In this document: in pieces, positions 39,410 to 52,354 of the stretch
Layout of the letters: every line of letters begins with the position of its first letter
Numbering within the stretch: the stretch's first letter is position 1
Assembly: GCF_006345805.1 (NCBI RefSeq)
Contig: NC_042997.1
Location: 153,946,001 to 154,010,000 of the forward strand
DNA from: Octopus sinensis
Taxonomy: Eukaryota
DNA length: 64,000 nt
Direction of reading: 5' to 3'
Position numbers and translations under genes: made by a program
Notes under the pieces: model-generated
Seen by the model: only the letters and a program-made list of their open reading frames with translations
Databases searched by the model: none
What the model was told of the DNA's origin: nothing

Positions 39410-40520
39410 GAAATTAATGCAAAGTTCTACATATTTTGACAGTTTCATTGAGGGCTTGTATCTCTACTCTTCAAATTTGATTTCTGCTTTCTGGTTTAGA
39501 GAACCTTAATTTCTCAAGATTGGTACTAAGGCAGTTTGTTGCTTATCCATATGCCTCAATAATTATATGTATAAATGTAATTCTATAGTCGAGGTGTAGT
39601 ATCTGTAAATTTCCCAGCAGTAATTGTTTTTGGTAGAGGTAGTCAATATCATTATTGATGTGAATATTTTATTTATGCTGGTCCGTACCTTTCAGATTTC
39701 CACATCAATGGCTCAGATTCCATCAAATGTTCAATCAAGTAGCTGAAATGTTGGTATGAGTACTGGTATTGCAAAAGACATGATGTGCCACTGTTTTACT
39801 GTGTGCAGAACACTTTGAGGTTCATATATTCCTCTGGTTGTTATATTCCTTAGGAACAAGTTCCTTTTTACAGGTTCCATCGTAAAATATGTTTTCATCT
39901 CACCCCAAGTACCTGTAATATTCCTCATCAGATGCTGCTAGTCTGCCTTTCAGTTTTACCTCATTTTACAATCACAGGAACATTTATCTTGATCAAACTC
40001 CAACCCTATATCCTTTGAGAATATTGTAACTAGGCCAAGGCTCTTTTCTACCCCATGTATATCCCTGTCATACAACTTCAAGTCATTTACAAAGGAGTGT
40101 GTAATCTCAGCACTTCTTTCTTCCTGTGAATCAATGATATACTTTCAGACTTCTTCAACATGAATGACAAAGGGATTACTGGAAGTATGAACAGCATCTC
40201 AGAGAGATTGTCTCCAAAGAATATACCATTATGATACTGTATTTTATCAATGATAATACACTCATTCATTGTATTTAATTTCAGGATGGTGGCCCACTAT
40301 GAAGTCAGCTCAGCTATGGCTGGCTTTGATTATCCTCTCTGGAACTTTTGCAATCCAAGAGGACTTCTGCTTTCTCACAGCCCAGTTATATTGAAACCAG
40401 GTTCTTCCTAAGCTGCTGCACCTCTGACATTACAATTTTGTTTATCAACAATTGCTCTGTGGATCCCCAAACCCCTCTCTTTCCAACTGCTTGCTCTACT
40501 GCAGTGATATTATTTTCCTA
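39410..40520 (-). mobile_element. Decayed RLE-clade LINE (RT plus RLE remnants), related to 57757-58092
   Basis: NGIFFGDNLSEMLFILPVIPLSF (RT) and a C-terminal STNLEKLRFSK...ETVKICRTL shared with the 57.8-kb copy. Confidence 0.6.
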
Positions 40521-40575
40521 ATAGACTTAGAAGAAAAGACTTAAATTAGATAGAAACTGAAAGAACCCCATCGTA

Positions 40576-40639
<64 letters not shown>

Positions 40640-40725
40640 TATTTGAGACAAAACCACTATTTTGCAAAACAAACAAGGAAAGACTTAATCAATACATAAA
40701 ATTTAATAAATAGTCAAAAAAACCG

Positions 40726-40768
40726 CCACTACAATCGTTTCTTGTCTTGATCGACAATCTTCAGGTGG
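40726..40768 (-). ncRNA. Mirror copy of the hammerhead-like motif in the left palindrome arm
   Basis: Exact reverse complement of 40832-40874. Confidence 0.7.
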
Positions 40769-40831
40769 ACTTCCAATAATTCAGTTACAAATTATGAAGA
40801 CTTCATAATTTGTAACTGAATTATTGGAAGT

Positions 40832-40874
40832 CCACCTGAAGATTGTCGATCAAGACAAGAAACGATTGTAGTGG
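40832..40874 (+). ncRNA. Minimal type I hammerhead ribozyme-like motif (Penelope-like)
   Basis: CCAC-CTGAAGA-TTGTC(gatcaa)GACAA-GAAAC-gatt-GTA-GTGG: stem I, core, stem II, GAAA, short stem III, GUA triplet. Confidence 0.7.
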
Positions 40875-41082
40875 CGGTTTTTTTGACTATTTATTAAATT
40901 TTATGTATTGATTAAGTCTTTCCTTGTTTGTTTTGCAAAATAGTGGTTTTGTCTCAAATAATATTTTATAATATTTTACTATAAAATTGGATTTAATCCT
41001 AAATCTGATTTTTTTTCCCTGTAAATTTGGATATATTCCCTAATATTTATTATTTATATATATATATATATATATATGCGTG

Positions 41083-41308
41083 TGTGTGTTTGTGTATCTG
41101 TGTTTGTCCCCCTAGCATTGCTTGACAACCGATGCTGGTGTGTTTATGTCCCCGTTACTTAGCGGTTCGGCAAAAGAGACCGATAGAATAAGTACTGGGC
41201 TTACAAAAGAATAAGTCCCGGGGTCGAGTTGCTCAATTAAAGGTGGTGCTCCAGCATGGCTGCAGTCAAATGACTGAAACAAGTAAAAGAGTAAAAAGAG
41301 AGAGAGAC
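41083..41308 (+). mobile_element. SINE family A, 3' half
   Basis: Matches the family A body and tail. Confidence 0.85.
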
Positions 41309-43602
41309 TCTAAATATTTTATACATCACACTCTCACAATTTGGTTGGTAGTTCTTTTCCATGTGAGTGGTTTTGTTCTTGGGAATCAGTTACAGGCACA
41401 CTGCTTCATGAAGGTTACTGCTAGCTCCCACTGTACAAGCAACCATGTGCTACCATCTGCTGGCACACTAAAGAACTGGTCCAAGAACTTTTTGATACCA
41501 TCTTGTATGTTTCTATCAGAGCCAACCAGTATGGTATGCTAATATTCCCATTGACAGCTTGCTTGTACAAGTTGATAAGATAAATACAGTAAGTAGGTTA
41601 GTGTCTTTTACCAGTATTCAGCAATCATGTCTCTTCCTCGTGTTTTTCCATCTTTTATCTTTTATTGGATTGTGGCCATGCTACGATACCACCTTGAAGA
41701 ATTTAGTCAAACAAATGACCCCTTTTTTAAAGTCTGGTACTTATTCTTTCTCTTTATATGAAACTGCTAGGTAATAGGGATGTAAATAAACCAGCATTGA
41801 TTATCAAGTAATAGTGAGGACAACACACACACACACACACATGAAAAAGGGGTTATAACCCTGAAATATTGAAATACAAGGTAAAACTGCAACTTTGTAT
41901 TGTTTGTTTTGTTTTCCTTTTCCTTTTGTAGTTTACTTGGTACATTCTATCATTGTTCCAGCTTTGTGCAACAAATCTCTTTAAAGCAATACCATACAAT
42001 GCTTTGCCAAAACTACTCCATCTTAACACACACACACACACACATGCATGCATGCACACACACACATGCATGCATGCACACACACACACATGGTAGGTTT
42101 CTTTCAGTTTCTGTCTACCAAATCCACTCAGAAAGCTTTGGTTGGCCTGGGGGTTTAGTAGTAGAAGACATTTGCCCAGGGCTGAACCCACCTTGCCGAG
42201 AATCACTGCTCCAAATCGTCTGGAATAAAAACTGTGAATTTGTACAATTATAGCTAAATGCTAACAATGTATGAGGAAAGACAAAGTTATCATCATTGTT
42301 CAGCATCTTAAATTAATTACTTTCATTTGTATCTTTTTTCTGTATCATGTAGCCGATAGCCTTTCTTGAATTCAAACCCAGAATGTTCATGTTTGCAAGT
42401 CCAAACTGCTGGCGAATAATATTACTATATTTATTAAAAATGGCTGGAGATAGTTACCACCAATAATGAATACTACTATATTTGGTAATATTGACCACAG
42501 TTGGTTTTAGCTACATTCTGCAACTCCATTATAATGCTTACTAACTCTTTGATGGGCATTGGTAAGCAAAAAGAAAAATTTCCTTTCTGAGTCTAAGGGC
42601 CTCCTGAAATATTCTAGAACCTTTTGATGAGCTTATAAAGATACTGGTGCTCAGCACTTTGCAGAGATTTTTGTTAGAGGATATTCTCATCTCTCAACTG
42701 TCCAAGAGATTATTCCTGTTTTAAATGGACTGTCTTAAATTTGTATGAGATATTTCAGCTCTCATCTCTTGACTTTTTCATTGTTTCTTTATTCACTCAT
42801 ATATAACATACATAACAAACTGTACTGTATATTAAAAATGTTTAGTGTTAATATTTATTATTAATAGGATTAGATTGCTTATGTTCAGTCCACTGCTGGA
42901 CAAAAGCCTCAGCATGTTCTTTCCATCAACCACAATCTGATGTGTAGGCCGTGAATTTGAGCTTCAAATCATTCTACTTCGATAAGCCTACCCTATCACA
43001 CTGACTTGACATCGTTTGGTAGACAGGTGCTTTTTTTTATACTCTTATCCAGGGTTAGTTGAGCCGATTACATCAATTCCAGTGCTCAACTGGAATTATC
43101 AACTCAGAAAAGATGAAAGAGCAAATCGGCCTCAGCAGAATTTGAACTCAGAACATAAGATGGACGAAATACTGCTAAGCATTTTGCCTGGAGTGCTACC
43201 AATTCTGTCAGTTTGACTATTAATAAACCCTGATTATTCAACATGTTAAGCATAACACAACTGCAATCCCTTTTCAAGTTCCTATTTTACTAATTGCCAT
43301 TTGTCTCTTATGCTGAGTCAAAAAATAACAGAGATTTATTTTCCCGCTGGTGACATGATATCATCAATTATCAGAATAAATGGAAAAATTCCTGGAAATT
43401 TGTTCACACATTCAAAAGGTTTGAGTTGTTTTGCACTCATCCAAGCACAGTCACAGCTGAAGAAGCTCACTTTGCAGTCACTTGGTCTCAGGTTCAGTCC
43501 TACTCCTTGGCCCCTTGAACATGTATCTTCTGCAGTAATCCCACCTGCCTCAAACTGATCCATACATTGTGAGTAAATTTGGGAGACAGAATCTTTGTGG
43601 AA

Positions 43603-43833
43603 GTTGGCAAGCTGGCAGAAACATTAGTATGCCGGGCGAAATGCTTAGTGGTATTTCATCTGCCGCTACGTTCTGAGTTCAAATTCCGCCGAGGTGGTCT
43701 TTGCCTTTCATCCTTTCGGGGTCGATTAAATAAGTACCAGTTACGCACTGGTGTCGATATAATCGACTTAATCCGTTTGTCTGTCCTTGTTTGTCCCCTC
43801 TGTGTGTAGCCCTTTGTGGGCAATAAAGAAATA
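43603..43833 (+). mobile_element. Family B SINE
   Basis: Full copy. Confidence 0.9.
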
Positions 43834-45575
43834 AGAAACTGTGTGGAAGTCCGTTGTGTGTGTGTGTGTGTGTGCATGCGTGTGCGAGCGTGTGCATTGT
43901 CAATCAACCAGATAGTGCTCTGCTTAAGTCTGTTGACCTTTTGCATGCGCACAGATGTCTCAATTCAGATACTTTTGGTACACACTGACATTACCATAAA
44001 CGCAAATTAGAAAGACCTGTGTGAAGTGAAGGTAATGATGAACTTGACTGATATGCTAAAATTCGCTGCTAAATCTCCCTATAACCGCATCCTCTCGTCT
44101 CGGAAAACAACGCAAGCTACACTAGAAATAATTTTTAATTGCACCAAAAAATCCCCTATGATTATGTGTAGCGCAATATTTTTCTCCACCTCACCAAAAA
44201 CATTTTCCTCTCTTGACTGCTAAACGAACTGATACGAACTGAAGTTTCCTGGTTAACACAAACATTGCCCGTTATTTAATTACGTAATTAAATTGCTTTT
44301 CCTTGTTTATCCCATTTGTGCTGCATTCGCATGCTTGTTAGTATTTTTTGTCTCCGTAAGAATTAATTTGCACACATGAAAAGTGAAAGAGGAAATGAAA
44401 AAGAATAAGGGCAGAAAGCAAAAATGGAAAAACAAAAAATGTATATATGTGTGCTTTCAGTTTCGAACCCACTGTACAATAATTAGGGCAAGCGCTTTCT
44501 ACAGTAACACCGGACTGACCAACGTTGCGAACTTGCTCACGTAGCCTTTTCAGTGAAGCTTTCTATAGTAATTGGCAGCGATGGAAACAACCTTCGATGG
44601 AGCTAACTACATCTTGTTTCAAGAAGACTGTATATACTGCTGAAAAATTTGGGACGGGAAACATATGAAGACATAGCTATGTATAACCTAGAAGGTATTT
44701 CCATGTACAGCCTGGGAGGTATTGAAAGGCCTTAAAGGTCCTTGAAATATTGTGGTTCACTACACATATACCTCTAACTTTGTATTCAATGTAGACGAAA
44801 GAGTCCTTAAAAAAAAAAAAGAAAATGCCATACTGCACCTTCATCTCTCAAGAAAAAAGAAAAAAAAACTTCGGCGTTGAAGGCTAGAAGGACCATTTAA
44901 TGTCCTTTTTTGGTGATAAGGCACTTCAAATTGAATCTATGCAAACATTAATTAAAACATACATTTTTAATCTCATATAGACTCAGACGACACTGAAATT
45001 TTACAGTTCTATTCGGTCTCTGATTGACCGAATAAACAGTCTCCCTCTACTACGTCCGATTGTCACTTATGTAATGTGGCTGCGGCCATGTTTAATAGAG
45101 TTCCTTTCACTGCGTTTCTTAAAGGACTGGTAACTTGGTTCTATAGCGTTTGCGTAGGCGTCTCTAATACAAACATAACTCTTCGTCCACGTGTGCTAGC
45201 AGTATCGACCAAACTCGATGCCGTTATTTCCCATCTTTTCTAGAAACACTTCTATCAAGTTTCCCTCTATATACACAAAGTACATCTAATGCCCTCATGC
45301 ATTCATTCACCGATACCACACTACAGACATCTCTATAAAACACATCTTACTTCTTTACAGAAATTTTATACAAGACATTAACATTGTACGTAACTCACAG
45401 CTGGGAATGAACATTGCTATTGAACGAGTTGAGTTTTATCCGTCTTTTTCTGTATACCAATTACTATTGAATGAACATACAGACGCAGTATTGACAAGCC
45501 ACTAACGCCGACGTCGTCACTTCAACCAGACCGTGAACACTCCATTGGGCTATAGCTAGACATTAGCTACGAAGA

Positions 45576-45668
45576 TAGTGAACTCACCATACTAGTGACC
45601 CCCTTCACTAGACTGGTGATGCCTCACTAAACTAGCGACCAACTCGCTAAAGTAGTGGCCCATTACTA
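45576..45668. repeat. Array of five mini-hairpins (alternating inverted TAGTGA/TCACTA)
   Basis: Units start at 45576, 45593, 45614, 45633 and 45653, with constant 3-nt spacers. Confidence 0.75.
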
Positions 45669-45924
45669 AAAATACATCGCTTAATTATCTTTTCTACATA
45701 GGCTCAAGGCCTGAAATTACACCGGCCCCAATGCTCAACTGGTACTTATTTCATCGACGTCAAAAGAATGAAAGTCGACCTGGGCGGAATTTGATCTCAG
45801 AATGTAAAGACGGACGAAACATCGCTAAGTATTTTGTCCGGCGTGCTAACGATTCTGCAAGCTCACCCACTTAATCTGTTGCTTCATAATGATTAAGAAA
45901 CATGACTAGCGATTGAGGAATGCC

Positions 45925-46640
45925 ACGAACGTATTTGCTTGTGACTTGGAAATGAACAAGAAGGCCGATGTGAAAATAGAAATTTCACTGTTATTTGATA
46001 AATGTTTTTGTTTAGCGGTGAAAAGATATTGCGGAGAACATAGTCTTAAACATAAAGAATTGTTGTCAGCTGATAATGTTTTTTTTATTAATCCTAGAAT
46101 CTTGATATCTTTCAGACCTGCAATGCTGTCGCAGCAGTTTACTTATTATCAAACTCTGATTCCTCTTCACACCAACCCATGAATCAGGGTGTAAATCTAA
46201 TATCAAATCCCACTACATCCGTCTCACTGCCAGCCAGCTTGTTGAAGAAATAGGTAACGAAGATAAGCAATCTCAGAAACAACTGTATATTGTGACGGCC
46301 GTGGATTATATCAGTGCAGTCCGGAATGAAGTAACCGAGAACTGCATGAACAGAGTTTGCAAGAAGCTATGGTCAGAAGTATGCAATGGCTTCTTGAACC
46401 TTTATGAAACATACTTACCAGCAGCAGTCATAAATTACATCTTTGAGCTGTTGGTCAATGAAGGGAGAATTCAAAATATCAAAGTGGAGTATTTCGAAGA
46501 GTCAATAAACACTTTTTATAAGAGTTTGTTAGCTGAAGATCAACAAGAGCGAGCACATCAACACACCCAAAATGAGCCTGAAGACACCTACTGTAGAAGA
46601 GCCAGTAACATTAGAAAGTATCTTCCCAACTGAATTCCTC
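45925..46640 (+). mobile_element. Tigger/pogo transposase remnant
   Basis: AVKRYCGEHSLKHKELLSADN, QPMNQGV and EVTENCMNRVCKKLW, spread over several frames. Confidence 0.7.
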
Positions 46641-46863
46641 GGTAATAACATCACCAAGATTATGAAAATCAAGAACCAATTTACTGAGGATGGGCTGACT
46701 AGAAGTCAGTGAGGCATAGAAAAGTATTCTGAATATGATACCCTGCGTAAATTGCTTAATGATAGGAGACTCAAGGAAATGATGTCGTTTTAGATGTAGT
46801 CTTCGGAAAGCAGCCTGTATGTGATGAAGAAAGGCAACTTGAAGAGCTCTAATTTCCAGTATA

Positions 46864-47097
46864 TATTTCTTTATTGCTCACAAGGGGCTAAACATAGAGA
46901 GGACAAACAAGGACAGATGGAGGAATTAAGTCGATTGCATCGACCCCAGAGCGTAATTGGTACTTAGTTTATCGACCCCGAAAGGATGAAAGGCAAAGAC
47001 CACCTCGGCGGAATTTGAACTCAGAACGTAACGGCAGACGAAATACGGTTACGCATTTCGTCCGGCGTGCTAACGTTTCTGCCAGCTCGCCGCCTTA
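46864..47097 (-). mobile_element. Family B SINE with 14-bp TSD
   Basis: TAATTTCCAGTATA at 46850-46863 and 47098-47111. Confidence 0.92.
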
Positions 47098-47260
47098 TAA
47101 TTTCCAGTATAGTCGCGTTTTCCTTATTTCAAAAGGCTGCTTTTCAACAGAATGAGAATGAGTAGAGCTGTGTGCACGTAATTTCACGTTCAATTTCATG
47201 TTACATATTGTACTACATCACATCTTTAATTGTGCTCAACGAGTGTTTCATTAAGGTACA

Positions 47261-47351
47261 CGCCACCAAATGTATAATTACATAATTGTGATACATTATT
47301 TACTTTAATTAAATTATTTGTCACAACAATGTAAATATACATTCGGTGGCG
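47261..47351. repeat. Short inverted repeat / mini-MITE
   Basis: 31-bp arms at 47261-47291 and 47321-47351, about 4 mismatches. Confidence 0.7.
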
Positions 47352-47783
47352 TTCATCTCAATGAAACAGCTGTCGTGCACACTTGATATATGAACTATTA
47401 GTGAAATCTATACTTTTCTGCTTTTAAGCTAAATATAACGTTTTTAAAAGTCGCTTTAATCGATTATATATACTCATGAAGCCGGTCCCACTAGGATATA
47501 CTGCAATAAATAACGTATTGGAGTTTAACGATTTGTTATTAATCGCGCTCTTAATTACCGTATATTTATTCTTTGACTTTCTATATCAATTCTGCATGGA
47601 TAGTAATATTATATCTTAAACTCTTTAGCTAATGTTATAACTCAGAATGACAATGCAAACTTGGAAGGTGTGACACCGAGTCGCTGTGTTTGACATATCA
47701 GTTACCTCCATTTGGGTTGGTATCGCTATCAAAAAATAGCATATATCTCAACTTAGGCAATGTTGTAATGATACCGTCTAGCG

Positions 47784-47907
47784 TAGTGGTTCCCAACCTG
47801 TGGTCCAAGGACCCCCTTGTGGTACGCAAAGTTAGTTCTAGGGGTCCGTGAAAAAACTCATTTAAATAAAAGGGGTCCTCGCTATTCAAAAAGGTTGGTA
47901 ACTATTG
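47784..47907. mobile_element. Short hAT MITE
   Basis: TAGTGGTTCCCAACCT/AGGTTGGTAACTATTG TIRs. Flanks GTCTAGCG/GTGTAGCA. Confidence 0.7.
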
Positions 47908-47997
47908 GTGTAGCACAACATTTTAGGAACGTTCCTGGAGCGCTAACCAAGGCATTACTGTGTGCATTTTTTCTGTGTGCATATTTATATATATATA

Positions 47998-48073
<76 letters not shown>

Positions 48074-48119
48074 GCGATTTTTTTCCTCTGTCTTCCCTTC
48101 TCGGGATCTTTCCTTCTAT

Positions 48120-48154
48120 GTTTCCGACGAAGAGCTCCGCTCGAAACGTTAAAC
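48120..48154 (+). ncRNA. Variant minimal hammerhead-like motif
   Basis: GTTT-CCGACGA-A-GAGC(tcc)GCTC-GAAACGTT-AAAC. U4 is replaced by C. Lies in a ~195-bp element between two (TA)n tracts. Confidence 0.45.
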
Positions 48155-48258
48155 CCTCCTTCTTCCCTTCTTTCCTGAGCATCCAATAATACTTTATCTG
48201 TTCCACGTCCTCGCGTTGTTGTGTTTTTTTTGGTTTTTTGGGGTTTTCTTGTTTGGAT

Positions 48259-48300
<42 letters not shown>

Positions 48301-48384
48301 CACTACATATGTGGAAAATCGGTGTGTGTTTGTGACGTTGTTATCTAACTCCTCCTGTATCGTTTTATTGATGTTAATGAAACT

Positions 48385-48818
48385 TGACACATGAGTAGAA
48401 CTCATGTCTGGAAACCTCATGACATACTTAGATTGTTGAAAAAATCGATAATACGGCCCCTGGAAGGGACCTTTATATCTAGCTCATGTAACTAATTTTT
48501 TTAAACACCCAAAGGAAATAACACATACAACCTGCACAATATTTTTTAAACATTCAAGGGAAATAACGCATTTCATTGTTTGTGTTCGATTACTTTGAAT
48601 ATTGATTATTTTGTGTGTCCGATTTCTAATTTTTGCAGACGCTATCACTTTTTTTCACTTTATTTGACACATGAGAACTCTTGTCTGGAAACCTCGTAAC
48701 ATACTTAGATTGTTGAAAAAAATCGATCATAGAGCCCATCCTATGGATCCTCTTATCTACTTCATATTACTAATATTTTATTTAATCAACCCAAGAGAAA
48801 TAACTCATACCACCTGCA
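48385..48818. repeat. Diverged direct repeat, two ~150-bp units, period 280
   Basis: TGACACATGAG...CTGGAAACCTC...ACATACTTAGATTGTTGAAAAA...CCTGCA at 48385-48536 and 48665-48818. Confidence 0.75.
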
Positions 48819-49423
48819 GTTTTTAGCGAAGCGATCAATATTTGATTCTCACGATCAGCCGACCTAATTCTGCATTTCGCTACACACAGTTTTGAACTGC
48901 TAAACATGATTATTGCACTTCCTTAATTTGAATCTCTTCATTCATACATTTCTATACATACATACTTTTTTGACTGCCCATTACTTCGATAATTCTGCAT
49001 TTTTACAGTTACGCTTTTTCTATGACTGTAGATAAATTTTCTCTTCCTCAATGTATTTGTAGTGGCTTCATGCAGGCATAGCGTGGATTCGATCCTCGAT
49101 TGTCAAATTTCACTTAACACTTCAACAGCGCTTTTCTCACGGTAAAACAATAGTTTTTCTGTGAACGACAACCTCTCTCGCCAACCTCCGACAATTTTTT
49201 TCACCAACCTCCGAAAACATCTGTCGCTAACCTCCAACAATCTCTCCCTCTTCCAGTTAACAGTTTTTGTACTTTTTCGTGATGGAAAATATACATTTTG
49301 TGGCAGTTATAACGAAATTGCTTTCTTATATCAGAGCAATAAGGCGTTTCAATAGAACATCTGTACCCCCGGGAATTACTGGGTACACCAGCTGGTATAC
49401 ATACACACACACACACACACATA

Positions 49424-49938
<515 letters not shown>

Positions 49939-49998
49939 TCCCATACTGGACCGCTAAAATCTACAAGTTTTTTTTCTCTCCTCCTTATTTTCTCTATT

Positions 49999-50035
49999 CC
50001 TTTCTGTTGAAGAGCATAGGCTCGAAACGTAAAGG
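49999..50035 (+). ncRNA. Variant minimal hammerhead-like motif
   Basis: CCTTT-CTGTTGA-A-GAGC(atag)GCTC-GAAACGT-AAAGG. A6 is replaced by U. Stem II is the same as in the 48.1-kb motif. Confidence 0.4.
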
Positions 50036-50387
50036 ACTTTTTCATTTTTCAGGCCCTGTGCATGTGAAGCTTCTCTAGCACTCTAAACGACAAGGGAGGG
50101 CTCGTACCCCACCTTGCCGACTTTAAGTAGATTACTGGAACTTCAGCTACCATGACTAGATTTGGGATGAATCCTGGAATGGTTTCCCGTTGCTTTTTCT
50201 GGGCAGGTGCGAGTTGAACTCAGAATGTTGAACGCCAGAAGGTATACCATAAGGCATTTCTACTGACGCGCCAACAATTCTGCCACTCTCCCACTTGCAG
50301 AGTCCGTGAATCGAACCCACCATCGCCCTAACAGCAAGGCCATGCGTCTTCACTCAAACACACACACTCACACACACTCACTCACAC

Positions 50388-50444
<57 letters not shown>

Positions 50445-51189
50445 CAAACACAACGTGCATGCATACATACAGCTTATGATATATAACTTCTAAATTCTAA
50501 GCCAGGATTCGAAATCGAATCCACATTTTCCTACAGGCACTCTGCCTGTTGTTCTCGCCTTTTGCACTTGGAAATTTATGAAACTTTGCTGTGACCTATA
50601 ACCTTTTCCGGTCAAATATGAATCAGGACTAATTAAAGAAGAAAAATCTTTCGTCTAGCCTAACCTAATTTAGCAGGAGAAAATATAAACTGGCAAACAA
50701 AAATCAGTTCAACCTCTTTTGTCGCTCTGCCTCTGGTCAAAGAACATCTCTATTTCTCTCTACAAGTATGGCCTGTCATAGTGCAACAGCACAGCTCTTA
50801 AACCATCTGTCTTGTCTAAACTCTCTTATCATTTCTCTCATTGTAGCCACCCACAGATTAAGCAAACAATCATACAGAATGAACAATAGAACTAAAAATA
50901 ATTTGCGTACCGCAACAATTCAAACCACTCAAAGTAGTCGCAATTTGTTTCGTAACGATGACGGTAGTAAAAGGATCTTTTCAACTAACAATAATCTTCT
51001 CTTATTTACTCGGTGCATATTATCGTGACATATGATCGTTATGTGTGTGTGTCTGTGTGTGTGTGTGTGTGTGTGCGTGTGTGTGTACGAGTGAGTAGAC
51101 AAACGAAAGAAAAAAAGCACTCATCACATTTAGTAGGAGTTATATGTATTATTTAAAACAGTTCTGTTATTATTATTATCATTATTATT

Positions 51190-52257
51190 CGTCTTTTGTC
51201 AGACGCGATTTTCCGCAGCTCGTCTCTTTGACGGAGCTGCAGACCTGGATCAAACGTAGACCGAGAAAGGGCGCTTGGCACCTCGAGTGCCGTCAAGCCC
51301 TCTCCGCCCTCCACCAGGCGGGCAATGCGGTCGGTTACAGCTCCACTCTAGCGTTCTATAGAGGGTTAGTGGAGGAAAAATGCGACGACGTTCTCGGGGA
51401 AACTCTAGGCGTTGAAGACGACGAACTGTGCGGTCTGTTCGGGAGGACTTTCGGGCCGGGGCCGATGGATAATTTCCAGAGGTCTCTCGCCTGGCAGTGC
51501 TACCGAGGGGCTCTGCCTGTTCGAGATAAACTCTACCGGCACGGAAGTGCCGTCAGCCGGGCCTGCCCGAGGTGTTGCCAGGACGACGAAACAGTCCTGC
51601 ACGCACTCGTCCAGTGCCCGAGTATTGCTGAAATATGGGTTTATGTCGAACAGCTACTGTCACGTGTAGGACGGATCCGACTATCGGCCGAATCCATAGT
51701 GAAGATTGCCCCGCCGACCTCCTTTAACAAGGAGGGCGAGGTCGTTTTCTTGTGCCTTGTGGCTGTGGCGAAAGAGGTCGTGTGGTGGACTCGTTTGAAA
51801 GGGCTAAAGACAGACAATTTCCTCTTTGGTCAAGGCCTCATCAACTTTTTCAAGTTTCACTTGAAAAGGAAGATGAGGTTAGAGAGGAAAGTGCTGTCCG
51901 ATAGCAAGTTTTATGAAAGGTGGGTGAATTGTGCGAGACTGGCCTGTATAAATGGACCAGTTCTCAGGTTTCGCCTGTGATTTCAAAGAAAAAGGTAATG
52001 TAAAAGGAGAAGAAAGGGGACTCTCTACACCCCCTTTTTTTGACCAGGCTCCCGTTGGCTTTTGTAGGGTTTTTTCCACCAGGAACCTTTCGAGACGTCT
52101 CCCCCTTTTGGGAGTTTTTCATTGTTTTAATAATCATTGCTTTAAAGTTTTTTACACGGATTTTTTAACAAACGGACAAAACCTTTGTAACCTTTCGTCC
52201 TGTCTTGTCCCTTTATGTAATCATGCATGTCAGCCCTTGTGGCCAATAAAAAAGAAT
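51190..52257 (+). mobile_element. L1/Tx1-clade LINE 3' end (zf-RVT-like CCHC, 3' UTR)
   Basis: Uninterrupted ORF to 51980 with CPRC...ETVLHALVQC. The 3' UTR ends in (ATT)n. The 5' junction also lies in TAT repeats. Confidence 0.85.
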
Positions 52258-52259
52258 TG

Positions 52260-52322
<63 letters not shown>
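52258..52322. repeat. (ATT)n tract (L1/Tx1 tail or target)
   Basis: Direct observation. Confidence 0.95.
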
Positions 52323-52324
<2 letters not shown>

Positions 52325-52354
52325 AGTGGAGTCCTACATCTTAGGACATTATAT

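Larger units (their letters stand above)
40630..40970. repeat. Perfect 341-bp palindrome (170-bp arms, 1-nt centre at 40800), probable Penelope-like remnant
   Basis: Arms read as exact reverse complements by eye. The right arm continues to ~41056. (TA)n lies on both sides. Confidence 0.9.

Noticed and set aside
42511-42561. Possible 51-nt exon (TFCNSIIMLTNSLMGI, GTAAGC donor)
   Set aside because: Isolated, with no partner exons or recognisable family; chance splice signals are common here.
45576-45668. CRISPR array or CACTA transposon ends with 3-bp TSDs
   Set aside because: There are no unique spacers of CRISPR length and the context is eukaryotic. The 3-nt gaps lie between CACTA and TAGTG, the wrong orientation for TSDs.
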